From Eledone cirrhosa (Eukaryota), in assembly GCA_964016885.1 (NCBI GenBank), contig OZ024741.1, forward strand, positions 23,188,001-23,252,000: a stretch of DNA of 64,000 nt, read 5' to 3'. Every line of letters starts with the position of its first letter. The first letter of the stretch is position 1. Made by a program: the position numbers and the translations under genes. This document shows, piece after piece, positions 1 to 13,019 of the stretch. Under the pieces are notes generated by a model that worked only from the letters and a program-made list of their open reading frames with translations, was not told the DNA's origin and searched no databases.

Positions 1-333
1 ATCTATCAATTTAGAGAAGGACCAGCTCTACCTGGCATGACTCCTGTGATTCTTTCCTGAGACATTCTAACCACATGTCCATAGTATTGGAGCTGTGATC
101 TCTCAATTTAGAGAAGGACCAGCTCTACCTGGCATGACTCCTGTGATTCTTTCCTGAGACATTCTAACCACATGTCCATAGTATTGGAGCTGTGATCTCT
201 CAATTTAGAGAAGGACCAGCTCTACCTGGCATGACTCCTGTGATTCTTTCCTGAGACATTCTAACCACATGTCCATAGTATTGGAGCTGTGATCTATCAA
301 TTTAGAGAAGGACCAGCTCTACCTGGCATGACT
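1..333. repeat. 97-bp tandem repeat (>=3.4 units, cut by the window edge) derived from an RTE LINE coding segment
   Basis: Unit period is 97 bp (starts at 1, 98, 195, 292). The unit matches 47860-47955; its minus strand translates ...IERSQLQYYGHVVRMSQERIT. Confidence 0.9.
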
Positions 334-644
334 CTCATCATAGTTTAACATCCATTTTCCACGCTAGCATGAGTAGGACTATCAATGTTTATAATCCTTA
401 TTATATCATTCTTTCTTAGAAAACTGATGCACTGCTAAGTTATAGAAAAGTCATTACTACTTTATATATATATAAGTTTCTGTAATTCTGTCACAACATG
501 TAAAGAGAGAGGAGTAGTTTGACTACCTCATACTACTACTCCTCTCTCTTTACATCTGCCTGCGTGAATGTATGTGTGTGTAAAAGGAAGGCAGTGGGTG
601 GTGAAAAAAATATAGCAAAATAGGGGCTGGCATTCCATTTTCTT

Positions 645-2010
645 ATGGTGTGCGCGTGTGCGCGCGCGTGCGTGTGCTTTTGTGCGAGTGTGTTTGTGTG
701 TGTGAGAATGTGTGTGTGTGAATGTGTTTGTGTGTGTGTGAATGTGTTTGTGTGTGTGAGTGCGTGTGTGTGAGTGCGTGAGTGCGTGAGTGCGTGTGTG
801 TGTGTGAGTGCGTGTGTGTGTGTGAGTGCGTGTGTGTGTGTGAGTGCGTGTGTGTGTGTGAGTGCGTGTGTGTGTGTGAGTGCGTGTGTGTGTGTGAGTG
901 CGTGTGTGTGTGAGTGCGTGTGTGTGTGAGTGCGTGTGTGTGTGAGTGCGTGTGTGTGTGAGTGCGTGTGTGTGTGAGTGCGTGTGTGTGTGAGTGCGTG
1001 TGTGTCTGTGTGCGTGTGTGTCTGTGTGCGTGTGTGTCTGTGTGCGTGTGTGTCTGTGTGCGTGTGTGTCTGTGTGCGTGTGTGTCTGTGCGTGTGTGTC
1101 TGTGTGCGTGTGTGTCTGTGTGCGTGTGTGTCTGTGTGCGTGTGTGTCTGTGTGCGTGTGTGTCTGTGTGCGTGTGTGTCTGTGTGCGTGTGTGTCTGTG
1201 TGCGTGTGTGTCTGTGTGCGTGTGTGTCTGTGTGCGTGTGTGTCTGTGTGAACGTGTCTGTGTGAACGTGTCTGTGTGAACGTGTTTGTGTGAACGTGTT
1301 TGTGTGAACGTGTTTGTGTGAACGTGTTTGTGTGAACGTGTTTGTGTGAACGTGTTTGTGTGAACGTGTGAACGTGTTTGTGTGTTTGTGTGAACGTGTT
1401 TGTGTGTTTGTGTGAACGTGTTTGTGTGTTTGTGTGAACGTGTTTGTGTGTTTGTGTGAACGTGTTTGTGTGTTTGTGTGAACGTGTTTGTGTGTTTGTG
1501 TGAACGTGTTTGTGTGTTTGTGTGAACGTGTTTGTGTGTTTGTGTGAACGTGTTTGTGTGTTTGTGTGAACGTGTTTGTGTGTTTGTGTGAACGTGTTTG
1601 TGTGTTTGTGTGAACGTGTTTGTGTGTTTGTGTGAATGTGTGTGTGTGAATGTGTGTGTGTGAATGTGTGTGTGAATGCGTGTGTGTGAATGCGTGTGTG
1701 TGAATGCGTGTGTGTGAATGCGTGTGTGTGAATGCGTGTGTGTGAATGCGTGTGTGTGAATGCGTGTGTGTGTGAATGCGTGTGTGTGTGAATGCGTGTG
1801 TGTGTGAATGCGTGTGTGTGTGAATGCGTGTGTGTGAATGCGTGTGTGTGAATGCTTGTGTGTGAATGCTTGTGTGTGAATGCTTGTGTGTGAATGCTTG
1901 TGTGTGAATGCTTGTGTGTGAATGCTTGTGTGTGAATGCTTGTGTGTGAATGTGTGTGTGTGAATGTATGTGTGTGAATGTATGTGTGTGTGTGAATGTA
2001 TGTATGTGTA
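645..2010. repeat. Compound (TG)n-based microsatellite/minisatellite
   Basis: Successive blocks of GAGTGCGTGT, TCTGTGTGCGTG, GAACGTGTTTGT and GAATGCGTGT variants. Confidence 0.97.
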
Positions 2011-2304
2011 TTTTTGTAAGTGTTTGCACATTTATATTTATATACTCAGATATAAATGCACACACACAAGTCAGCGTGTTGAAAAAAATCCTAGTTCTTC
2101 TAAGATAGAGAAGTTTTATCTCGTCCTCTACATCAGCTCTCTTATTCTTAACACCTTTCAATCAAAAATTCCTATAAAGTGTAGAGCCTCAATAGCTTTC
2201 TGTTCCAGAAAAGCTTCCAAATATAATACGAAGACTAAAATATTGATAAAATATCTATAATCTATAATAAAACAGGGTTCTTAGTAATCTATTACTTGAA
2301 CTAT

Positions 2305-2560
2305 CTAAGAGGCTCATCAGGATGATTATCTTGGTTTCATGGCATGTAGCAACAGAAAGTACAAGATTCTTGACAGGACACCAGTCCATTATAGGGTTAA
2401 ACCCCAACTATTACTGGTACTCATTTTCAGCTGAGTGTACTGGAGCAACGCGAAATGAAATATTTTGCTCAAGAACACAACACACAACCCAGCCTGGGAA
2501 CTGAACCCATGACATTATGATCATAAGTCCAACACCCTTACCACTAGACCACACACCTCT
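2305..2560 (-). mobile_element. tRNA-derived SINE with V-SINE-like body
   Basis: Minus strand shows an A box (TGGTCTAGTGG), a B box (GGGTTCAGTTCC), then GTGTTCTTGAGCAA and AACCCTATAATGGACTGGTGTCCTGTC. A related head lies at 29141-29240. Confidence 0.75.
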
Positions 2561-3669
2561 ACACCTATTACTTCATGGAAGAACCCATGACATTATGATC
2601 ATAAGTCCAACACCCTTACCACTAGACCACACACCTCTACACCTATTACTTGATGGAAGAACCCACAACATTATGATCATAAGTCCAACACCCTTACCAC
2701 TAGACCACACACCTCTACACCTATTACTTCATGGAAGAACCCACAACATTATGATCATAAGTCCAACACCCTTACCACTAGACCACACACCTCTACACCT
2801 ATTACTTGATGGAAGAACCCACAACATTATGATAATAAGTCCAACACCCTTACCACTAGACCACACACCTCTACACCTATTACTTGATGGAAGAACCCAC
2901 AACATTATGATCATAAGTCCAACACCCTTACCACTAGACCACACACCTCTACACCTATTACTTGATGGAAGAACCCATGACATTATGATCTTAAGTCCAA
3001 CACCCTTACCACTAGACCACACACCTCTACACCTATTACTTGATGGAAGAACCCACAACATTATGATCATAAGTCCAACACCCTTACCACTAGACCACAC
3101 ACCTCTACACCTATTACTTGATGGAAGAACCCACAACATTATGATCATAAGTCCAACACCCTTACCACTAGACCACACACCTCTACACCTATTACTTGAT
3201 GGAAGAACCCACAACATTATGATCATAAGTCCAACACCCTTACCACTAGACCACACACCTCTACACCTATTACTTGATGGAAGAACCCATGACATTATGA
3301 TCATAAGTCCAACACCCTTACCACTAGACCACACACCTCTACACCTATTACTTGATGGAAGGACCCACAACATTATGATCATAAGTCCAACACCCTTACC
3401 ACTAGACCACACACCTCTACACCTACTACTTGATGGAAGAACCCACAACATTATGATCATAAGTCCAACACCCTTACCACTAGACCACACACCTCTACAC
3501 CTATTACTTAATGGAAGAACCCATGACATTATGATCACAAGTCCAACACCCTTACCACTAGACCACACACCTCTACACCTATTACTTGATGGAAGAACCC
3601 ATGACATGATCATAAGTCCAACACCCTTACCACTAGACCACACACCTCTACACCTATTACTTGATGGAA
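2503..3669 (-). repeat. 78-bp tandem array (~15 units) of the SINE tRNA-like head plus 5' flank
   Basis: Period is 78 bp (2503, 2581, ...). Each unit carries TGGTCTAGTGG and GGGTTC on the minus strand and is continuous with the SINE body. Confidence 0.92.
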
Positions 3670-3767
3670 GTAAGTATTGGAATTTGGTCAGTTTAAAATA
3701 TCTTTAATTGCTAGTTGATAATGACATTTTAATTACATTCACAACTTTAAGTATACAGATGGATTCA

Positions 3768-3975
3768 CTCTTTAGTATTTACATTACTCTATATTTACTC
3801 TTGTATTATCACGGTAAAGGCTTTACCTCACATAATATCGAATCTATGAGATTTTGATGTTATTTATTTTGAGAACAATACCTTAACGTCAATATGAGCG
3901 GCCAGTTACAGCCAGTTTGAACAGAAAGAGGTGAGAGAATTCTGGCCGGTTACGGCCGGTTTAAATGCTGAAGGG
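3768..3975. mobile_element. piggyBac-like MITE (family 1), degenerate copy
   Basis: Ends read CTCTTTAGTATTTA...TAAATGCTGAAGGG|TTAA; homologous to 47438-47633. Confidence 0.75.
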
Positions 3976-4354
3976 TTAATATTGACAAATAAATTGTTCG
4001 TTATTACTTACTGTAAATAAGCAAATAGGTCTAACACCTAAATCTAAACAGACATACATTTAAAACAAACACAAAGTAATCACCGAGCGTCCCCAATACT
4101 TAATATTATATATATTGGAAATAATGTGAATTTAACATTTGTATTTTTAATTATTCTCTGAATTTTATATATTAAAGTTATTTTTTCACACATACTCATA
4201 TATTGTACAATAGGAATATAAAATATCAAGCTCACTAAAGCTTTAATAACTTCACAAAAATGTGTCTACTTGTAGGACATTAAATGGTTTCTAAGTTTGT
4301 TTAGACATGAATTTCATTTAATTTGTATGTTAAATAAAAACCTGTTTCATAAAA

Positions 4355-4508
4355 TAGGAGGCCAAGCTTATATTTGAATCAGCTTATACACAAGAATATT
4401 TGGATTGTCTTATAACGAGTATATACAGATCAACTTATACACGAGTATATACTGATCAACTTATACACGAGTGTATAGAGATTGACTTATACACAAGTAT
4501 ATACGGTA
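4355..4508. mobile_element. Tc1/mariner-superfamily (Tc2/pogo-like) transposon end with subterminal repeats
   Basis: Repeated CTTATACACGAGTATATAC motif ending in TATATACGG|TA. Similar motifs recur at 8510-8570. Confidence 0.5.
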
Positions 4509-4635
4509 GGTTTTGTGGAACAAATATTCTTGATTTTTAGAAATACTGTTAATAGTTAATCTGAAAAATCTCCAAAATATTTTTTTTTCAGTGAGAGGAT
4601 TTTTATAAATTTTTCATCTTATTTTTATATTCCAA

Positions 4636-5015
4636 CTAGCCGAATTACTTGTTCCTTGCTGCACTTCACACATTTTTTTTTGTAAGAAAATGATGATTGG
4701 TTTTAAATCAGAGATATAATTTATGGAGAAAAACTCCATTAGGGTGTCTTAATATCATTGAAATTTGCTGAAATTTTGTGAATAGGCATCATATCTTGTC
4801 ATTTACCTATGGTTTAAATTTCATATAAATCAAAGGGAAAACATTTTCAGCAGGGGTTTGTACCCCCAGGGAACCCTTTGATTAAAATGAAATATACTTA
4901 TCCAAGTACCCTGGGCAATGTAGTTTCAGAATATATATAGTTATGGGGGTCTATCTCTAAAATCATAGGAGGAGTTCGTGAACAAACAAACAGACAGGAA
5001 CTACAACTTTATATA
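4636..5015 (-). mobile_element. Non-autonomous Helitron-like element
   Basis: Minus strand ends CGGCTAG|T. The 5' region ATATATAAAG...GTCTGTTTGTTTGTT is typical of such elements. The extreme 5' end appears to be interrupted by the RTE at 5016. Confidence 0.55.
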
Positions 5016-8000
5016 TCATCATCATCACCGTTTTACGTCCGTTCTTCCACGCTAGCATGGGTTAGACGGGTTGTCCTGTTGTGGGTAGTGTCTGGTCGGC
5101 TGACCATGCCTTGCTCATACAGGAACTGATCTGGCTTGATTTCTACAGCTGGATGCCCTTCCTAACACCAACCTCATTTACAGTGAGTGCTGGGTGCTTT
5201 TTCGTGGCGCCTACACGTCCACTTTACAGTGTGGGCTGGGTGCTTTTTTGCTGTGGCGCCTCCACAACCACCTTGCGGTAGGGGGGGGGGGGCATATTGT
5301 TTATATGCTTCAGCATGTACCCATGGGAGGTCGGGTACCCTGTATTACTGCGTGACGCCAGAAGTCACGGTCGTGTGTCATTGACTTTGAGAGGTGTAGT
5401 TGGGTAAGGTCGGCTTTTATCACCTCATCCCAAGTCATCTTGGGTCTCCCCACTCCGCGGTTTCCATCAACTTCTAGTGCTCTGCACCTTTTTATGCAGC
5501 TGTCATCCTTCATACGCATCACATGTCCATACCAGCGTAACCGCCTCTCCTGGACGCAGCATTTGATTCCTCTTATGCTCAGTCTCTCTCTCAATTCCTT
5601 TATGCTTTGTCGTTCACGTATATTACTGTTGCACATCCATCGGAGCATGCAGGCTTCGTTTCTCCCTAATCTACGTAAGTCTTCCACCTTCAGCGCCCAG
5701 GTCTCACTACCATGCAACATCGCTGTTCGGATACACGCATCATACAGTCTGCCTTTCTTTCTGAGGGAAGCCTTTTGCAGCTAGCAGTGGTAGTAGTTCC
5801 CTAAACTTCTTCCATCCCGTTCTTACCCTAGTTATTGTACTTTCTGAGCACCCACCTCCGTTGCTAGTTCGGTCACCTAGGTAGCAGAAGCTGTTTACTG
5901 TTTCTACAGGGCCCTCCCAGAGATTGGTGGTACTTGTTTCCTGTGGCTGTTTGCTTGCTGTTTCAGCACAGCTGCTGCATGTGAATCCTACATTCTTAAT
6001 TAAGCTTCCTGAGATCCCGCTACATCTCTTGTGTACCCATTGTTTGCATTTGGGGCAGAGAATGGAGTTCCTACCTACACCTTTCCTACATACTGAGCAA
6101 GGCCATTTCCCTGAGCGGATCTGGGTTCTGTTTTCTCGTCTACTTATAAGGACCTTAGTCTTTGTCATGTTGACTTTGAGGCCCTTTCTCTCTAGTCCCT
6201 GCTTCCAGGTTTGGAATTTATTCTCTAGTTCTACCATAGATTCAGCTATGAGTGCGAGGTCATCAGCATACAGGAGTTCCCATGGGCATCCGGTCTTAAA
6301 CTCCTCCGTTATTGCCTGCAGGACTATGATGAACAGGGGAGGGCTAAGAACAGAGCCCTGGTGGACCCCAACCTGTACGCTAAATTCCTCGCTATACTCA
6401 TTGCCAATCCTAACTTTGCTGACTGCTCCCCTATACATGGCTTGTACTGCTTTCACAAGCCATTCATCTACTCCTAGTTTTCTAAGAGCCCACCAGATTA
6501 CTGCACGTAGAACTCTGTCAAAGGCTTTCTCAAGGTCGACAAATGCCAAGTAGAGTGGCTTACTTTTAGCTAGGTACTTTTCCTGTAATTGCCTCACAAG
6601 GAAGAGGGCATCAGTGGTGCCTTTCCCTGGTACAAACCCAAATTGCATCTCGTCTATATTCACCCGGTCCCTAATCAGCTGTGCTATAACTCTTTCTGTT
6701 ACTTTCATGACCTGGTCCATCAACTTTATACCTCTATAGTTTCCTCTATCTAGTGCATCGCCTTTACCTTTGTAGCAGTTGACAATGATGCTACTGCACC
6801 AATCTTTTGGTATGGCCCCCTCTAGTATTACCTGGTTAACGATACGTGTGGTTATAGTGTGACCTACAGACCCAGATGCCTTCAGCATCTCGGCAGCTAT
6901 ACCCGATGGACCGGTTGCCTTCCCTATCTTCATATCTCTGATTGCCTTACTTACTACGCTGCCGCTGACTTGTACTGCTGGTCCCTCTATAGGGTCTACG
7001 TGGGGTAGGGTCTCTTCTTCCCATGCATTCTCCTCATTTAGTAATCTATCATAATGACTCTTCCATGCATCTTTCTTCTCAGCACTTGTGAGGGCAAGCT
7101 CACCGTTATCATTCCGGATACACTTCTCTCCAATGACATCACAACTATCTCTGACACACTGCCTCGCAATCTTGAATACCTCCCGTTTCTGGTCCTCACA
7201 TTGTAAAACATGCTTGAATTTTCTATCCTCTGCTTCCCTCCTAGCTAAGTATACTTGTCGCCTAGCTTCCCTCTTGGTCTCTATGTAATGTACCCTGCTC
7301 CCCCCGTTCTTCCATTCTTTCCATGCCTGTCTCTTGGCCTTGACTGCTTCATCTACCTTATTGTTCCACCACCAAGTCACTCTCCTCCTGCTTGAGGTCT
7401 TACTCCAGCCACAAACCTCATCCGTCGCCTCTAGTAAGTTATTTTTTAGGAACTCCCAGTTCTCTTCTACGTTAAACGTCTCTATCTGTTCTTTACTGTC
7501 GTAGGCGTTGAGTAAAATATCTTTAAATCTGTTACTGGTTGAGGGGACTTTCAGCTTCCAGATCTTTCTTCTCCAGGTTGGCCTCTGTTTCAGGGCTCGT
7601 CTAGTTCTGACCGTGAGGTCGCTGACAACTAAGCTATGTTGGGATGTACATTCCTCACTAGGGAAGGCTTTTGTGTTTACGACCGTCCATCTGTCACGTC
7701 CTCTGATGAGGATAAAATCTAACTGACTAGAGTGCTCCCCTGATCTATAGGTGATCAGGTGGTTGTCGGGTTTTTTAAAGTTTGTGTTACATATCGACAT
7801 GTCATTGGCGTCGCAGAATTCTAGAAGTCTGAATCCATCCTCATTCCTTGTGCCAACTCCATGGCCTCCATGTACTCTATTGAAGCCGTCGCAGTGTTTA
7901 CCTACGTGTCCGTTAAAATCTCCTGCAATGATTAGGAAGTCCTTGTCTGTTAGAGCAGTAGTGTGTATTAGGGACTCGTAAAACCTATCCTTAAGTTCGT

Positions 8001-8497
8001 CTGGCAGCCCCGATTGGGGTGCGTAAGCTGATATTATTGTGGTAATTGTCTTATTCAGGACTAGTCTGAGTTTAATGATTCTTGCACTTACCCTGTTCAC
8101 TGAGATTACTTTATCTACCCACTTGTCAGCTAATAGTATACCTACACCACCCATCCCATCGTCATTTCCCACCCAGAAAAATTTGTAGCACTGGCTTTTT
8201 CCTACAAGGACTCTAGCAGACCCTCCTCTCCATCTAGTCTCTTGCACACAGCATACATCAACTTCCTTTCGCTCTAGCATTTCTACGATTTCTCCTGCTC
8301 TTCCTTTCATTGAGCCTACATTGATGGTACCAACTCGGAGTTTTGGGCATTTGTCGACACTCGTAGGGGAGGGTCTCTGGGTTGGCGCTTCACGTGGGTG
8401 CTTGGTAGCTCGCAGATTCATATTTCATCTATTGATTCAGAGTTGCTCGTGTATTCCCAGCTCATCCATCCATAACGGTGGGAAAATTGAGGGCTAG
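5016..8497 (-). mobile_element. RTE-clade LINE, near full length (family A, copy 1)
   Basis: APE endonuclease plus RT ORF, a 3' UTR with 40-bp repeats, and terminal CCCATGCTAGCGTGG...(GAT)n tail. Confidence 0.96.
5310..8421 (-). pseudogene. RTE ORF (APE + RT + PHD-like Cys/His finger), one frameshift near 5760
   Basis: Motifs GTINV, VQETRW, GDFNGH, QFGF, FVDLEKAFD, GVHQGS and YADD are present. A 2-bp deletion relative to copy 2 splits the ORF into 893 aa and 136 aa. Confidence 0.93.
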
Positions 8498-8942
8498 ATA
8501 TATATATCACTGATCTTGGAGTATACATAAGTATATACAGATTGGCTTATACACAAGTATATTTGGATTTTTATTAATTTTTCATCTTTTTATAAATATC
8601 TTACACTTATTTTTTGCTGATCTTGGCGTATAATATAGTTTTCTCATTCATAAACGTGGGTTTCAAGTGGATTTGTTTTTCTACAATGTAAAAATAACTT
8701 TCATTTCATCAATAGATTATACTTTCACTGCTCACAAAATTGTGTGCCTAGTTGAAAGAACAATCAGATGAAAATAAGATGACTGTTTGAAAATTGTAAA
8801 TAATTGTGCAGATGTGTTTTCTATGTTTTTCTGTTAATAACTGAACAGTTTAGAAAATACAGCTGCATGTGGTTCAGTAAATTTGTGTTTCAAGTTTACC
8901 TGATTAATATATACAAACAATTCTAATGCTTTCAAAACAAGT

Positions 8943-10152
8943 CATGTAGAATTAGTATCTTTATATCTTTAATGGAGACATGTAGAATTGTCTTTATATC
9001 TTTAATGGACACATGTAGCATTGTCTTTATATCTTTAATGGACACAACATGTAGCATTGTCTTTATATCTTTAATGGACACACAACATGTAGCATTGTCT
9101 TTATATCTTTAATGGACACACAACATGTAGCATTGTCTTTATATCTTTAATGGACACACAACATGTAGCATTGTCTTTATATCTTTAATGGACACACAAC
9201 ATGTAGCATTGTCTTTATATCTTTAATGGACACACAACATGTAGCATTGTCTTTATATCTTTAATGGACACACAACATGTAGCATTGTCTTTATATCTTT
9301 AATGGACACACAACATGTAGCATTGTCTTTATATCTTTAATGGACACACAACATGTAGCATTGTCTTTATATCTTTAATGGACACACAACATGTAGCATT
9401 GTCTTTATATCTTTAATGGACACACAACATGTAGCATTGTCTTTATATCTTTAATGGACACACAACATGTAGCATTGTCTTTATCTTAACTATAATAAAG
9501 AAAGGAATGAGGGCCTGTGTCCAGAATATATTTGTTTACCCCGTTTGTAAAAAAAGTTGGATTACTTTGAATAAATAATGAATGAATATTACATAATTTA
9601 TGTGCTAAATTTTGTGGTCGTTATAGATTATTTAAAGATTCACTTCTTTAAAATTTTCAAATGTCAACACTTCCGGTTAGCGGCCGTTATATTATAACAC
9701 TTATAAAAATATCGCATATATTTCCGTCACTAATTTTCTCCTAATGCAGTTTATATATAATATCGTCTGTTTTTAATGTATCATGGATTACGTTACTGAT
9801 TACATAAGACAGTAACAGACCTCGTTCAATTTCTGTGTATATTGTCAATTACAATTTTATTTGATGTATCATATCTACATGTATATATACTTGCGTATAA
9901 TATCAATATACACACTACACATGCTAGTAGAAAACTACCCAAGGGTGGTTTTTCTGCTAGTATCTTTAATGGAGACATGTAACATTGTCTTTATATTTCT
10001 AGCAACATGTAACATTGTCTTTATCTTTAATTGTGAGACAGCATGTAGCATTGTCTTTATATCTTTAATGGAAAGACAGCATGTAGCATTGTCTTTATAT
10101 CTTTAATGGAGAGACAACATGCAGCATTGTCTTTATATCTTTAATGGAGAGA
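8943..10152. repeat. 38-bp minisatellite (CAACATGTAGCATTGTCTTTATATCTTTAATGGACACA), split by a Helitron
   Basis: Period is 38 bp (9121, 9159, ...). The array resumes in phase at 9961. Confidence 0.93.
9484..9960 (+). mobile_element. Non-autonomous Helitron (477 bp)
   Basis: A|TC start, subterminal hairpin AGAAAACTACCC-AA-GGGTGGTTTTTCT, CTAG|T end and no TSD. Removing it restores the repeat unit. Confidence 0.9.
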
Positions 10153-13019
10153 CAGAAATTTATCAGAAATAATAGACTAAATGCTTTATTTAACCTGGAG
10201 TTTCAATGTACAAGTATTGCTAGCTTCAACTACCATTCATCCCTCAAACCCCTGTCAAGTGAAGCTTGGTCAAAGAACACAACAAAAAATGTGACTTATA
10301 AAATTTTAAATATTTAGCAACAAGAATAATTAACACAACAAAGAACCCAACATTTTAAACAAAGACTAATTAGTCTCTATAAATGTAAGAATGTTTAGAG
10401 TAATATTAAATAATAGAAGCCATTAAATATATATTTTTAGAATCTCATTATGTGTGATTTGCTCAGTCTTCAGGAATGTGTGTGTGTAAAACAAAAATGG
10501 TGTCAAAAATGTAATACTTAAATATAGAAATGTAGAGAAACATATATATATATATACACCCCCGCGTTTAAAAAAAATAAAAATATGTGAAACAACTTAG
10601 TTTTACAAGTTACAATTTGAAAAGAGGGGGGGGGGGCACTCGCAGATGTTTTTGTGATCCTTATTAGCTGCCAATTTGTATTTTCATGAAAAAAGAGAGA
10701 GCATGCCATGCTATCTTGTGATTTTTGTTAACTCCAGATTTGCATTTTCATGAAAAGAAAGAGGGTGCATCCCACACTGTGGTCCTTGTTAGCTCCAGAT
10801 CTGTATTTTCATGAACTATATATATTTACTGTTTGATAATTTTTCATGTAAATAGCCAATATCTGACAGGCATCTACTAGAAGTAATTAGACTAGTGTGG
10901 TTAGTTTTATTAGCCAAATGAGCTTATCAAAACATGAAGAATAAGATAAAGTTATTAGACATTACAAACACTAATTTGAGCCAGAAACAAATGCGTCAGT
11001 CCCATTGATGAGGTTTGAACCATGTATTTATAAACAGCAATATGATATCTAATATCATCTCCATTAAAATCTTAACATAAGATAAAGTTATACATGTTAT
11101 GTCAAAAAAGTTAAGTAGATGATAATTAAGATATTTACATATAATCACATAAAATTCATTAACAACCCTTATACCCAATTTATATTTTAAATCTTTGCAA
11201 AGATATTTTAAACCCAAACAAATGTATCACAGTTCAAGAGTGCCTCATTAACATTAAAAAAATATGTCAGAATTCAAAAGATAATAATCTCTGACTAACT
11301 TATTATCCCAGAGTAGTTTTCTAAGTAAATATTTATTAACTTATGTATTTTAAACATTTCTATCAGTATATTCTCTATACATTCAAGTGCAAAGCTTTTG
11401 GTACAGGAACTTTCAAGTCACTGACACCTTTTTCTTTGGAAAATACAAGGTACTGGGTGTTCATACAGTTATGTTCGAACATTCTATGTACACTTGTACA
11501 CAAACCCTTCAGTTTGTGTATAAATGTATACATACACACACACACACACATATATAAATGCATATAGATATATACACACACACACTGAATATACTTGTGC
11601 ATAAATACCATTGGAAGATTAAGTCACATAGGATTTTGCATGTATTTTCATGAAAAAGAGGTGTCTTTTACATTATTGTGTATGTGTGTGCCTGTGTGCA
11701 TACACATGCAAACACACACACATGTATATTCATGTTAAACAATGATGATGATGAAATACATACATATACCAAATTTGCATTTCCTGAATTCACAACCTTG
11801 ATTATAACTTAAAAAGGGTAAATTCTGTTAGACTGAGTGGGTGGTGGTAGTGGTTTGGGTGGTATGTGATATTCAAAATACTATTCTGGGGGAACTATGG
11901 GCATTGTATTAGGAGCAGAATAAGTAGAGATAAGAAACAGCATATATGTGGCCACTGGATATAGCATGCTGAGAGACTTTGAAAATAAAGCGCGCGCGAC
12001 ACACACACACACACACACACACAATCTAACCAGAAACAGTTCTATATAAGCACGGTCACCTGACCCTACTTGTCTCAAATGGGACAATCCATCCAGCCCA
12101 TGCTAGCATGGAAAGTGGATGTTAAACAATGATGATATATATCATCGTTTTTACATCAGCTTTTCTATGCTTTCATAGGTTGGACACACACACACACACA
12201 CACATATATACACACACGCACACGTGTGGGAGTGTGCATGTATGTGTGAGTGCGTGTGCGCGCGCATGTGTGTGTAACAGCAGTAACAACACAGTACCAG
12301 ATGTGTGAACAACAATGTTTCAATGTGAGCTGCATGCGAGTTTTGTAAAAGGTTAAGGATAAAGTATGTTGTGACCTTAACAATGAAGTTTAGTTTAGGA
12401 AGTGATGCTGGCAATGGTAAATATGGGATGGTGCATGGGAGATCGCCAAAGATTAGATGGTCTACCATTTCTAATGAATTTCATGGTTTTAGATGTGTTT
12501 TGTTCATGCTTTAGTTGCAATGTAGAATTATTTGATATTTGGAGATATCTCGTGATTGTATATGTCTGCTGCTAAAGGGGACTAGATTGTTATATACCGA
12601 TTAGATGAGCTTCTTGAAATCTCTGTTAATGGCACCAGTATGTGTTTAGCATGTGGTGTCTGTGTAGGGATGATGCCTGCAAATGGAAGGTTAAGGAGTA
12701 ATGAAGAGTGATATCTATATAGAAATGTCTGTGGCTAGAAATGATAATAGCCAATAGGTTTAGGTAAAAACACATGAAATAGGATAGGGAATTCATCAAG
12801 TGATACATAATCTATATTAAAACACACACCCACACACAGTGAAGTTTGTATGATGTGTTCTGACTATTCAAGAAATATCTAATCTCATCTCCCCACCTCT
12901 CTCTCTCATCCTTTTCCTCTCCCTCAAATTTGACAACTATTTATAGATTGAACATGTTAGTTTTTCACTTCTTAATCATTTAATTCTGTCCATACTATCC
13001 TGACATCTCCAAGTCTAAA

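Noticed and set aside
536-2161. Long His/Thr-rich ORFs (541 and 462 aa)
   Set aside because: Translations of a TG microsatellite that is open in several frames.
2517-3707. 396-aa repetitive ORF
   Set aside because: Stop-free 78-bp (26-codon) SINE-derived tandem repeat.
5924-7981. ORFs antisense to the RTE RT/APE
   Set aside because: Shadow frames of the LINE ORF, reproduced in each copy.
12300-12810. Possible ancient LINE C-terminal remnant
   Set aside because: No diagnostic motif could be recovered.
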